Shown: piece after piece, positions 40,230-48,463 of the stretch | Layout: every line of letters starts with the position of its first letter | How positions within the stretch are numbered: position 1 is the first letter of the stretch | Assembly: GCA_026713605.1 (NCBI GenBank) | Contig: JAPOOC010000007.1 | Span: 59,418-123,417, forward strand | DNA length: 64,000 bases | Direction: 5' to 3' | DNA from: Candidatus Kaiserbacteria bacterium | GTDB taxonomy: Bacteria > Patescibacteriota > Minisyncoccia > Phycocordibacterales > JABAAK01 | Made by a program: the position numbers and the translations under genes | The notes under the pieces: generated by a model | Told to the model about the DNA's origin: nothing | Databases searched by the model: none | Seen by the model: the letters and a program-made list of their open reading frames with translations, nothing else

Positions 40230-40739
40230 ATGGAGGAAAGAATGAAAAAGTTAATGAGAAACCTAGCCATGGCAGTAGTCATGGCAGCGGCGATACTCGC
40301 CGCTGGCTGCGGGACCACCACTGAGGTGGTAGAGGTCCCGGTAGAGATTACGACCTCTCCCACGGAAACGACGGAAGTTGTTGAGATCCCGAACAGGGAG
40401 CTCGACTTAAGCGTTACGGTCGACCAGGCCGTAACAATCACCGCCGCGACGGCGGTTGGCCTCCAGCACCACCAGGCCCCGGAGATCGGCAAAATCGACT
40501 CCCGGACCAAGCGTCCGGTGAAACTCACAGTGATCGGGTCGGACTCGCTTCACGCAAAATCCGATTCGCGCGTAATCGGAGCCCCCAAACACGGGTTCCG
40601 GATCGGCGAGGACACATTGGTCAACCTTGGCGACACGGACCGGGAAACCGATGTTCGCGTCAGGGCGAACTTTGACCACCAGTATTCTGGCGGGTCAAAG
40701 GTTATAGGAGCCCCCAAACCGGCGCTCAAAGTCGACTAA
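40230..40739 (+). CDS. Lipoprotein with internal duplicated module
   Basis: Lipobox AAGC after signal peptide; duplicated VIGAPK(H/P)(G/A)(F/L)(R/K)(I/V) C-terminal modules; GC-rich. Confidence 0.55.
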   Translation: MEERMKKLMRNLAMAVVMAAAILAAGCGTTTEVVEVPVEITTSPTETTEVVEIPNRELDLSVTVDQAVTITAATAVGLQHHQAPEIGKIDSRTKRPVKLTVIGSDSLHAKSDSRVIGAPKHGFRIGEDTLVNLGDTDRETDVRVRANFDHQYSGGSKVIGAPKPALKVD

Positions 40740-40762
40740 CCCTTTCCCCTTTCCCTATCGCT

Positions 40763-40812
40763 CTGAGAAAATGCATAGTTTTCTATGTTTTCTCAGGGCG
40801 ATTTTTTATTGC
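40763..40812 (+). terminator. Rho-independent terminator of lipoprotein gene
   Basis: Long hairpin CTGAGAAAATGCATAG-TTT-CTATGTTTTCTCAG then GGCGATTTTTTATT. Confidence 0.65.
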
Positions 40813-40869
40813 CCAAAATAAAAAATGGTACACAGGTTTCACTTGCATTGGGGTGATGCTTATAAAAAT

Positions 40870-40897
40870 TTGACAAATCATTTTTTTTGAGTATCAT
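40870..40897 (+). promoter_or_regulatory. Candidate promoter for 40929 gene
   Basis: TTGACA - 16 nt - TATCAT, then SD AGGAGA 9 nt before ATG. Confidence 0.45.
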
Positions 40898-40928
40898 AAC
40901 TGTTGGCTGGTCTTAGGAGAATACAAGA

Positions 40929-41792
40929 ATGACTTTTTTGAAGAGAATCGCAACTTTCGCCGCAACTTTCGCAGTCGTGCTCGCACTCACAGCTCCGACC
41001 TTCGCCGTTGATGGCGTGTCCTTTGGGACAACCGCCACCGAGGAAACCGCCGAGGCCGCTGAGGCCGCTCAGGCCGACGAGAAGTCGGGTAACGGCGTCA
41101 ACGACATTGACGTTGACTACAAATCAGAGATAAAATTCGAGGAAGGCGCCATTGGCACCTTCGAGGGTACCAAGGACGCTGCAAAAACCATCGCAGCGAT
41201 CAACGATCCTGCAATAAAGCGCTACGCCCTTCAGGGCATAGTGTACTCCCAAGGTCAGATGAGTGTAGAAAACGCCTACCGGGAACTCCAAGACGGAGAC
41301 CGGAAGGCGATCAATGCAGCGATCAGCTCCAACGACAAGATCGTTAGAGCGCTCACGATTGCAGCATCAGACGCAACTCTGCCGTTGGCGAAGGTGGATC
41401 GTATCCTTCAAAGTATTGAGGGATATGCGATGGCAAACACGTACCTGCTTGCCAAGTTAGGAACGACCAAGGTCGTTTCGAACGAAGGCGGCACCACCCC
41501 CAACCCCTTCAACGAGGGGAATGGACTTGACCTTGCGCATGTAATCGTGTTTGCAGGTCTCGTGATTCTCGCTTGGATCGCGGGAAACAGAGTCCTTGCA
41601 TGGGCGAAGGTCCAGAAGGAAAAGTTGGCTGCAAAGAAAAAAGCCAAAGAAGCCGAAGAAACCGCCGCGAAAGACGCGCTTCGCGAGAAGCGCGCCCGCG
41701 AAACCGGCGGCACCTCACGCAACCGCAACCGCAACCGCAACCGAAACCGCGGTGCGGAAGAAGCAGCCACCTCCGAGGTGGTAGAAGCTTAG
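40929..41792 (+). CDS. Secreted surface protein with C-terminal TM anchor and (Asn-Arg)n cytoplasmic tail
   Basis: Signal peptide ...APTFAVDG; C-terminal TM LAHVIVFAGLVILAWIAG; tail KKKAKEAEE...NRNRNRNRNRG. Confidence 0.55.
   Translation: MTFLKRIATFAATFAVVLALTAPTFAVDGVSFGTTATEETAEAAEAAQADEKSGNGVNDIDVDYKSEIKFEEGAIGTFEGTKDAAKTIAAINDPAIKRYALQGIVYSQGQMSVENAYRELQDGDRKAINAAISSNDKIVRALTIAASDATLPLAKVDRILQSIEGYAMANTYLLAKLGTTKVVSNEGGTTPNPFNEGNGLDLAHVIVFAGLVILAWIAGNRVLAWAKVQKEKLAAKKKAKEAEETAAKDALREKRARETGGTSRNRNRNRNRNRGAEEAATSEVVEA
41719..41748 (+). repeat. Hexanucleotide microsatellite (CAACCG)x4-5 inside the 40929 CDS
   Basis: caaccgcaaccgcaaccgcaaccgaaaccg encodes NRNRNRNRNR. Confidence 0.8.
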
Positions 41793-41835
41793 ATCTTTCA
41801 TCGGCACCTCCCTCCCAGAGGTTCGGTGCCACTAC

Positions 41836-41868
41836 ATGCCTCCTGCATTTGCAGGAGGCATTTTTTTA
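41836..41868 (+). terminator. Rho-independent terminator
   Basis: ATGCCTCCTGCA-TT-TGCAGGAGGCAT followed by T7. Confidence 0.8.
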
Positions 41869-42091
41869 TACACTAAAAAACCTTGAAACAAAAGGACATT
41901 TTGAATATACGGGCTATACGGGTACACTACCGACAGGGTGCCAGCAAAACAATTTGACAAAATCTACTTAAAATGGTATATTATAAAAAGAAATCGCTTT
42001 CTGTGCGATCCATATAAAATAATACTCATCGTTATTTTATATGGGTCGCGCACATAACGGCGACTCAATAGTTTACAATTCAAAAAAAAAA

Positions 42092-42132
42092 CTCCCGCAA
42101 CAGCGGGAATAAATTCCCGCTGTTGCGGGGGA
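42092..42132. promoter_or_regulatory. ~19-bp GC-rich perfect hairpin immediately 5' of the SD of gene 42142 (A10 upstream, so also a terminator-like structure when read on the minus strand)
   Basis: CTCCCGCAACAGCGGGAA-TAAA-TTCCCGCTGTTGCGGGGG, then GAGGAAGAAAAATG. Confidence 0.5.
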
Positions 42133-42141
42133 GGAAGAAAA

Positions 42142-43902
42142 ATGAAATTTTTTTTAATGATTGTTGGCGTGGCATTAGTAATTTCCCCGTTCGCCTTGAA
42201 GGCGTGGAACGGGGAAGAGGTTCCCATCCCCGGACTCAACGGCCTCATTGAGGCCATCCGCGACGACGCCACCGAGGCCGACGAAGCAACCGAAGAGGCC
42301 ACTAAAGCGGCCGAGAGAGAGGGAGAACTTTCCTTCTCCCGCATGATGCTGGAGCGGGATGTGAAGCGGATTTCGGCGTTTGAGAACGCCGACGGGTACT
42401 TGGTTACCCGCAGCGACGAGGAGTACAAAGACCTCGCCGCCGCCCTCTCTCGCTTCCGCCTCACCTCTGATAGTGCCAAGAAGGCACTTGATGAGGCGAG
42501 GGGGAAGAGGGGGTACCCCCTCTTTTTCTCCATCGCCCTCGGCGAGGCGGTGGAGGAAGAACCCTTCCTCCAAGTTGTCGGAACGGCGACGATCGAGTGG
42601 TGCAGGTCACGAGAAGAGGCCTATCCGCTCCCCAAAGGTGTGAATTGGTTTACGGTCGGGGCGAACCCGCTCGTGACCCGCGGAGAAATCGAAACTCCCT
42701 CGTTCAGAACAATGAGGGAATTCGTCGCGGCGGAAATCGCTCCCATCGTCGACTCTGCCGACGGTGAGGCGTTAGTCGCCGCCGCAATAGCGGGGAGAAA
42801 GGCGGACCTCGAATTTTTCGGAGTCCAAACGGCCCCCGGGATCATGTCTGCCAAGATTTGGCGGACATATAAAGGGGAAACGGAGGAGCGCATCCCCGCG
42901 GTGCGGTTCCTCCCGTTCATAGAGTCGCGTGCAATCAGCACGCATCCGGCCCATGCCGAGGTGAGGTACAAGTTCGCCGAGGCAATAGACCTCGACCCCG
43001 ACCGCCTCGAAGAGGCGTTGAAGGGGGTGGTCGAAAAGACCGATTCCCGCCGGGCACTCGTCACCTACTGGCCACACCGGCAGGAGCTGAGGGTAGAAGT
43101 GCCCTCAGCATTCACCGACGTGGTGATACGTGTACTCTCTCCAGAGTCCTTGTGGAGAGAGGCCTACAGGGTCGCTTCGGCGACCATGGGCGTTCAGGCG
43201 TCCATCCCTGATCTTGAATTGGAGATCTTAGAAGACCTTGGTCGATATCATGTCGATCAGGGTAAGAAGATCCACCACCACGAGGACTTCCCCGAGAGGT
43301 TTGTGTGTTTGACGCAGGAGAGTAAGTCAGGTGTTGAGGGTAAGATTATTTCTTACCGAGACGCCCAAACACTCCTCCCACGGGAGGGAATCTTGAACGC
43401 TGCCCAACTGCAGGCAGCAATCCAACGAGTGTTGGATCAAGATCCTGAGAGGTCACATTTCGAGTTTGGGTGCCTCCAAACGAGAGAAGAGATCATGGAT
43501 CTCTTCTCTCAGTATCAGTCGGGTTTTGAAAACCCAGCTGACGCATTCCCGTGCCATATGGGATATGACTACACGACGCGTCGTGTAATCATGTTCCAGC
43601 GGATTCAGCAGGACAGACCTGCTGAAACTGCGGACGCCGTCGGGGGAGAGAAACCCTTGGCGTCATACGGAGTAAAAAACTTCAGCGAAAAATCTCTCAA
43701 GGAATTGAGAGAAATGATCGCTGAAGAACACGGAATCACCCTCGCCATCGACGGAGGCGAGGCGAGGTCCTTGGCCTTGAGTATAATAAAGGCCAAAGGT
43801 CTCCCCGTCAAGATACGGGGAGACAAAATTGAGGGCGGTCACGCCCTCATCCATGTAATTTCCTCAAAGAAAATTAGCATGGATGTGGTTGCAGATGAGT
43901 AG
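42142..43902 (+). CDS. Large secreted protein of unknown function
   Basis: Signal peptide MKFFLMIVGVALVISPFALKA; 586 aa; GC-rich; no recognised family. Confidence 0.6.
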   Translation: MKFFLMIVGVALVISPFALKAWNGEEVPIPGLNGLIEAIRDDATEADEATEEATKAAEREGELSFSRMMLERDVKRISAFENADGYLVTRSDEEYKDLAAALSRFRLTSDSAKKALDEARGKRGYPLFFSIALGEAVEEEPFLQVVGTATIEWCRSREEAYPLPKGVNWFTVGANPLVTRGEIETPSFRTMREFVAAEIAPIVDSADGEALVAAAIAGRKADLEFFGVQTAPGIMSAKIWRTYKGETEERIPAVRFLPFIESRAISTHPAHAEVRYKFAEAIDLDPDRLEEALKGVVEKTDSRRALVTYWPHRQELRVEVPSAFTDVVIRVLSPESLWREAYRVASATMGVQASIPDLELEILEDLGRYHVDQGKKIHHHEDFPERFVCLTQESKSGVEGKIISYRDAQTLLPREGILNAAQLQAAIQRVLDQDPERSHFEFGCLQTREEIMDLFSQYQSGFENPADAFPCHMGYDYTTRRVIMFQRIQQDRPAETADAVGGEKPLASYGVKNFSEKSLKELREMIAEEHGITLAIDGGEARSLALSIIKAKGLPVKIRGDKIEGGHALIHVISSKKISMDVVADE

Positions 43903-44163
43903 TTTCGTCTGCAATCCCACGCCCAACAGAGCGTGAACAGAATCTGTTATAGTTTGAGGGGTTCTATTAAAAAAACTCCTTCTATCGCAAACTGATACCG
44001 TTTGCCTGATGAGTCCATGGTAGGACGAAATAGATACATTGACAATCTTGGAAGCAGCATAGTCCACATATCATGATAGTACTACGGTCATGGTATGTGG
44101 GCTATGGTGCCCAAAAAAAACGCCGCCGAGGGTTTCGGTGGCATGATCTGGTTGAAGTTACAC

Positions 44164-44185
44164 CCCGGCTCCGCCGGGAAAGGAG
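44164..44185 (+). promoter_or_regulatory. Conserved 5'-UTR hairpin + SD motif (copy 1)
   Basis: CCCGGCTCCGCCGGG hairpin then AAAGGAG, ATG 6 nt later; near-identical to 48436-48457. Confidence 0.5.
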
Positions 44186-44191
44186 CAAAAA

Positions 44192-44743
44192 ATGAAAGGT
44201 TTAATTTTCATCATCACGGCAGCTATGGCACTGCTCATGACCACGGTCGCCGACGCAGAGTCGGCAAGTAGCATCTCGGTCTGGCGGGTAGAACCACCCG
44301 CCAAGGAAAAAACCAGAAAAACATACACCGTCCCTGAGACGGATGTTAATATCACGATCGAAGACAAGATCGTGGTTGAAAGTGGGGGCGTGGTGCTTGA
44401 CGCACCACGCCCAAAGGACCCGAAAGAAATGATACGGGTGACCGCAGACCTTACGGCTGCGGTCATGCAGCGGGTCGCCGTCAAAGCGGAGACGCCTCCC
44501 AAGGAGGAAACATCCCCTAAAGAGGTCCCAGCTGAGAAGGTGGAACCGACACCCACGGCCCCGGCAACTCCAAAGGTAGACGCTCGCGATAGCAGCGTCT
44601 ACTATGCCGAGGGGAATGTCAATGTGCACAACAACAATGTGCACATTGGCGGCGGGAAAGGGAAGCGGAAGATAACCGTCCGTCGGCGGTACTTCCGAAC
44701 TGAACCCGCCGTCCGGGGGTTTGGCGCAGTCGGGCTGCGCTAA
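44192..44743 (+). CDS. Secreted protein of unknown function
   Basis: Signal peptide MKGLIFIITAAMALLMTTVADA; Pro/Glu/Thr-rich linker; 183 aa. Confidence 0.55.
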   Translation: MKGLIFIITAAMALLMTTVADAESASSISVWRVEPPAKEKTRKTYTVPETDVNITIEDKIVVESGGVVLDAPRPKDPKEMIRVTADLTAAVMQRVAVKAETPPKEETSPKEVPAEKVEPTPTAPATPKVDARDSSVYYAEGNVNVHNNNVHIGGGKGKRKITVRRRYFRTEPAVRGFGAVGLR

Positions 44744-44760
44744 CCCGCAAGGTCTTTGAT

Positions 44761-44799
44761 GGCACCGATTCAGCAATGAATCGGTGCCATTTATTTTTT
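44761..44799 (+). terminator. Rho-independent terminator
   Basis: 12-bp stem GGCACCGATTCA-GCAA-TGAATCGGTGCC then ATTTATTTTTT. Confidence 0.85.
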
Positions 44800-44819
44800 A
44801 AGGGTGTATCCCACAAAAA

Positions 44820-44848
44820 TTGCCAAAACAGGAGAAGTGGGGTATAAT
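44820..44848 (+). promoter_or_regulatory. Candidate promoter for 44885 gene
   Basis: TTGCCA - 17 nt - TATAAT. Confidence 0.5.
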
Positions 44849-44884
44849 ATAAAGTAAATTGATGTTTACGAAGGGGGGAAGGAA

Positions 44885-45481
44885 ATGAAGTTCCTTGCAC
44901 TGCTACTAGCAATCTCCTCGCTATCATTTGCCAGCGCAGAAGCAAACGATAGCGCGGTGTTTCTAACGCTACCTGGCTTTGAGGAAAAAGTCGGTGTGGC
45001 GTTTGACGCGAAAGAGGTAGAGATGGTCGCAGTGTACCGTGGTAACAATCTCTACCTCCGCCCACTCAGCAGGAAATTGCGACTGCTGCTGGGAAAAGAA
45101 AAGGCAGTCGCCACCAAAACCCTCTCTCTGCCAAACCTCATCAGGGATGAGGCGGCACGAGGGAAGGGGGAAACCCCCGCACTGCTGATCTCCGAGCGGG
45201 CATTTGGTAAGCCCGCCGACACCTTCCTTTTGCGTGTGAAAGGGAAGGTGATCAGTGGGAGGTTTCCCAAGGAAAAGGGTAACCAGTCCCAAGTAGGGGT
45301 GGCACTCTTCATGGGGAAGAAAGGGGTGCACCTCTACTGCCTCTACGTCTCAGAAGAAAGTGTAGAGGTTAACTTCCGCACACTCACCGAGCGGCAGTAC
45401 AAAGCTGCGAAGAAGAGTGTTGCGGAGAAGTTGAAGGCCGCCGGGCAGAAAAAGGCGGCAAAAAAGGTGGGTGACCTTTAG
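44885..45481 (+). CDS. Secreted protein of unknown function
   Basis: Signal peptide MKFLALLLAISSLSFASAEA; 198 aa; strong SD GGGGGGAAGGAAATG. Confidence 0.55.
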   Translation: MKFLALLLAISSLSFASAEANDSAVFLTLPGFEEKVGVAFDAKEVEMVAVYRGNNLYLRPLSRKLRLLLGKEKAVATKTLSLPNLIRDEAARGKGETPALLISERAFGKPADTFLLRVKGKVISGRFPKEKGNQSQVGVALFMGKKGVHLYCLYVSEESVEVNFRTLTERQYKAAKKSVAEKLKAAGQKKAAKKVGDL

Positions 45482-45485
45482 CACA

Positions 45486-45529
45486 AACAGCATACCGTTG
45501 TAAAACGGTGTGCTGTTTTTATTTTTCTG
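45486..45529 (+). terminator. Rho-independent terminator
   Basis: AACAGCATACCGTT-GTAA-AACGGTGTGCTGTT then TTTTATTTTT. Confidence 0.8.
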
Positions 45530-45550
45530 TGGCAAAATATCAGTAATCCA

Positions 45551-45624
45551 GGCGTGGTAGCCAAGTGGTAAGGCAGGGGTTTGCAAAACCTCTATACGCG
45601 GGTTCGATTCCCGCCCACGCCTCC
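45551..45624 (+). tRNA. tRNA-Cys (anticodon GCA)
   Basis: Acceptor GGCGTGG/CCACGCC, anticodon loop UUGCAAA, T-arm GCGGG-TTCGATT-CCCGC. Confidence 0.85.
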
Positions 45625-45634
45625 TGTGCATAAT

Positions 45635-45662
45635 TTGACTTTTCATGGTAGATTGATACACT
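45635..45662 (+). promoter_or_regulatory. Candidate promoter for 45669 gene
   Basis: TTGACT - 16 nt - TACACT immediately after tRNA-Cys. Confidence 0.4.
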
Positions 45663-45668
45663 AATTTT

Positions 45669-46292
45669 ATGGTTACCTATGCACAAGAGGTGGCAGAAAC
45701 GCTCGCCACATCAGGTGGGTCGGAGGGTTTATTTATCCTGAGTATCATAATAAACATCATCGCTTTGGCATTCGGATCTGGCAGATTGTTCAATGAAATA
45801 AAAAATACAAAATCTGAAGTTGCAAGCATGAGCGGGCGATTAGACAAGCAAGGAGAAAAGATAGATCGGGTGGCAGAAGGGCTTGCCGAAATCCGCGGAT
45901 CTTTTCTTGTGTTCAAAGAAGCGGTTGCCACACAGCAGTCAAGTCCGTTAACCTTAACAAAGCGGGGTGAAGAAATTTTACAGAAAAGTGGTGGCGATAC
46001 CATACTGAAAAACCTCTTTGAAGATCTGTACTCGCGATTTGAAGGAGTCACAAATGCGTATGATATACAGCGAAGGGCGAGGCAGGTGATCGAGGATTTG
46101 TTTGATGAAGGAGAAAAATTAGAGTTAGTGAAAAATTATCTGTATAACGAAAAAGAGAATCACAAAACGGTTGTGGATGTGTTGGGGATTGAGCTACGAG
46201 ATATGGTATTTGAACGACGAGGTATGCCGATAAAAAAACGGGAAAAAGAGCCAGAGCCATCCGTTGTGCGGGATGAGGTGCAGAGAGTATAG
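45669..46292 (+). CDS. Hypothetical single-pass membrane protein
   Basis: One TM (LFILSIIINIIALAF) then coiled-coil-like soluble region; 207 aa. Confidence 0.45.
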   Translation: MVTYAQEVAETLATSGGSEGLFILSIIINIIALAFGSGRLFNEIKNTKSEVASMSGRLDKQGEKIDRVAEGLAEIRGSFLVFKEAVATQQSSPLTLTKRGEEILQKSGGDTILKNLFEDLYSRFEGVTNAYDIQRRARQVIEDLFDEGEKLELVKNYLYNEKENHKTVVDVLGIELRDMVFERRGMPIKKREKEPEPSVVRDEVQRV

Positions 46293-46446
46293 GGGATTTG
46301 CACGACCTCAAATTTTTAACCTGACCATTGTTTATTGCTTGTCAAGAAGAGAGAAAACCACACGCCTTACAAGGATGTAGGATGAAATCGGGCGGTGCGA
46401 TTCCTTTTTGGGAAATGGATTGCGGTTGCGGTTGCTTTGGCACACC

Positions 46447-46746
46447 TCATGGCAAAATCTCCTTCGCAAGGGTAAAGCGAACGGTGGGGGCGATGCGGAG
46501 AGCGGTGTGCTTTTTAAGGTATTCGCGACAAACAGATTCTTTGCGCTTGAGGAACGCAAGTGCCTGTTCTTGCTGCTCCTTTGGAAAAACAGAGCAGTAG
46601 ACCGTAACGGTTGTTCCGGCTTTGTTGAGATCAATATACGATATCGTAATAAATGGCTCAGCGTTGGCATGTTCTCTGAGGAAATGCGCTATTGCCTGGT
46701 GCAGTATGGTATGCACCCTGCCGGTGCGAAACGGGTTCTTTTGCAT
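46447..46746 (-). CDS. rbfA: Ribosome-binding factor A
   Basis: Start trimmed to internal Met to abut infB; KH-like RbfA pattern (RVHTILHQAIAHFL...VTVYCSV...); conserved infB-rbfA order. Confidence 0.6.
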   Translation of the reverse strand: MQKNPFRTGRVHTILHQAIAHFLREHANAEPFITISYIDLNKAGTTVTVYCSVFPKEQQEQALAFLKRKESVCREYLKKHTALRIAPTVRFTLAKEILP

Positions 46747-46756
46747 AGGGGAGGTA

Positions 46757-48250
46757 TTATGGGGTTGCTGCCGTGGGAAGGGCGAGTACCGTATCACCCA
46801 CCTTTACTGCGCCATCGCCGCGAATGCGCATTGCAAATTGTGCTTTCTCACCAGATACCGTTTCTTGCGATTTGTTTCGCTGCTCAATGGACTCAACAAT
46901 AAATCGCCCAACGACCTCCTTGTTTCGCAGAACAGCAATATGCTGCTCAACAGCAAACGAGCCGTGCTGTATCTGCGCACCAACGATGGAGATACGCTGC
47001 GATGACTGCTCTTCAAAGATGCGAATAATCGCTGCGGCACCGGTCGGGTTTTGCACCTCATACCCTTCTCGTTTTTGCTTTGACAGAGTGGTTGCCCATT
47101 GGGTAACCTCGTAGATGGTGGGGAAGAGGTGAAGGGCAATACCACTTCGTTCAGCGAGCTGTTTTGCCCGCTGGTCAGCATTCGTGTGAAAGCCGAGTAC
47201 TTGCCCGCCATCTTCCGCAAGCGCAAGACGGACATCCTCTTCAGTGATGTCGCCCACACTACTTTTGATAACAGTGAACTGCACGCCGTCAGAGGCAACC
47301 GCGGCAATCGCCTGCTGTATAGAAGAAAGTCCAGATGCGGTGTCCGACCGCAAGACAAGCGGGATGACTATTTGTTTTGAGCTATCCGCTACTCGGTTGG
47401 GACCGCCAGACGATTGTTGCGCTTCTGCCGTTTCCAACGCTTCTTTTTTGGTAGCACAGAGGAACACCGGATGACCGACGGGTGGAACAGCGTCAAAGCC
47501 CGCAACTTGGATCGGCATAGATGGTTTTGCATCCAACACGGTGTTGCCTCGATCATCTTTCATAATACGCAACGGAGCAATAGTAGCGCCAACACGAATA
47601 TACTTACTCTGTTCCAGCGTACCTTGCAACACAATAACCGTGCCAGTGATACCAATTTTCGGATCAACCACCGCTTCAACAAGGATGCCAACTGAACCAT
47701 CTTGACGGTCTTCTATGATTTCATACACATCAGTCGTGAGGAAGATAAGCTCTATCAAATCACTAATACCCTCACCGGTAATAGAAGACACACCAATCCA
47801 TGGCACCGACCCGCCAAGCCCTTCAAGGAGCACCCCATGCTGCAACACGGTCTGCTTCGCCCGCTCTATATTTGCCTGCGGCTTATCAAGCATCGTAAAA
47901 ACAATAATATGAGGCAACTGCTTTTCCTGTATCGTTGCATACGCCTCCGCGGTCTGTTCCTTCCACCCCTCTTCCGAGGACACGACCAAGAGGGCAATAT
48001 CAGCAAGATCAAGGCCATGTTCCCGCACCATAGAAAACGCCTCATGCCCAGGGGTATCTATAATAGTCGCCCGCCGCTCCGCCCCCTCATACTGCGCGTG
48101 CAACTCATATGCCCCAATATGCTGGGTAATATCACCTGCCTCAGACAAAGCAGCATCCGCCTTACGGAGGGCATGCTGGAGGGTTGATTTACCGTGGTCT
48201 ATATGACCCACGACGGCGATAATTGGGGGTCGTTTTTGTGTTGTAGCCAT
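46757..48250 (-). CDS. infB: Translation initiation factor IF-2 (minimal form lacking N-terminal domains)
   Basis: G-domain starts at residue ~10 (VGHIDHGKSTL, DTPGHEAF, NKxD), domains II-IV; only 497 aa. Confidence 0.85.
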   Translation of the reverse strand: MATTQKRPPIIAVVGHIDHGKSTLQHALRKADAALSEAGDITQHIGAYELHAQYEGAERRATIIDTPGHEAFSMVREHGLDLADIALLVVSSEEGWKEQTAEAYATIQEKQLPHIIVFTMLDKPQANIERAKQTVLQHGVLLEGLGGSVPWIGVSSITGEGISDLIELIFLTTDVYEIIEDRQDGSVGILVEAVVDPKIGITGTVIVLQGTLEQSKYIRVGATIAPLRIMKDDRGNTVLDAKPSMPIQVAGFDAVPPVGHPVFLCATKKEALETAEAQQSSGGPNRVADSSKQIVIPLVLRSDTASGLSSIQQAIAAVASDGVQFTVIKSSVGDITEEDVRLALAEDGGQVLGFHTNADQRAKQLAERSGIALHLFPTIYEVTQWATTLSKQKREGYEVQNPTGAAAIIRIFEEQSSQRISIVGAQIQHGSFAVEQHIAVLRNKEVVGRFIVESIEQRNKSQETVSGEKAQFAMRIRGDGAVKVGDTVLALPTAATP

Positions 48251-48367
48251 ACATACCAGTATACCAAAATATAGGAAAATAGAGGGATTTTTGGGATGTT
48301 TGGGTATATAGTAGAAGAAATACCCATAAAACCCTTATTTCATAAGGTTTTTTATAATAACACAAGA

Positions 48368-48396
48368 TTGACAATATAGCAAATATAAGCCATAAT
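48368..48396 (+). promoter_or_regulatory. Candidate promoter for 48464 gene
   Basis: TTGACA - 17 nt - CATAAT. Confidence 0.5.
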
Positions 48397-48435
48397 ACAT
48401 ATAGTGTATTTTTTGGAATCTTAACTTTATTTTAT

Positions 48436-48457
48436 CCCGGCTCTGCCGGGAAAGGGG
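48436..48457 (+). promoter_or_regulatory. Conserved 5'-UTR hairpin + SD motif (copy 2)
   Basis: CCCGGCTCTGCCGGG hairpin then AAAGGGG, ATG 6 nt later. Confidence 0.5.
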
Positions 48458-48463
48458 AAAGAA

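Noticed and set aside
48330-48352. Weak hairpin + T6 (CCTTAT-TTC-ATAAGG TTTTTT) upstream of the 48464 promoter
   Set aside because: It has only a 6-bp AT-rich stem flanked by A and T runs on both sides and nothing to terminate on the plus strand. It is probably a chance AT-rich palindrome.
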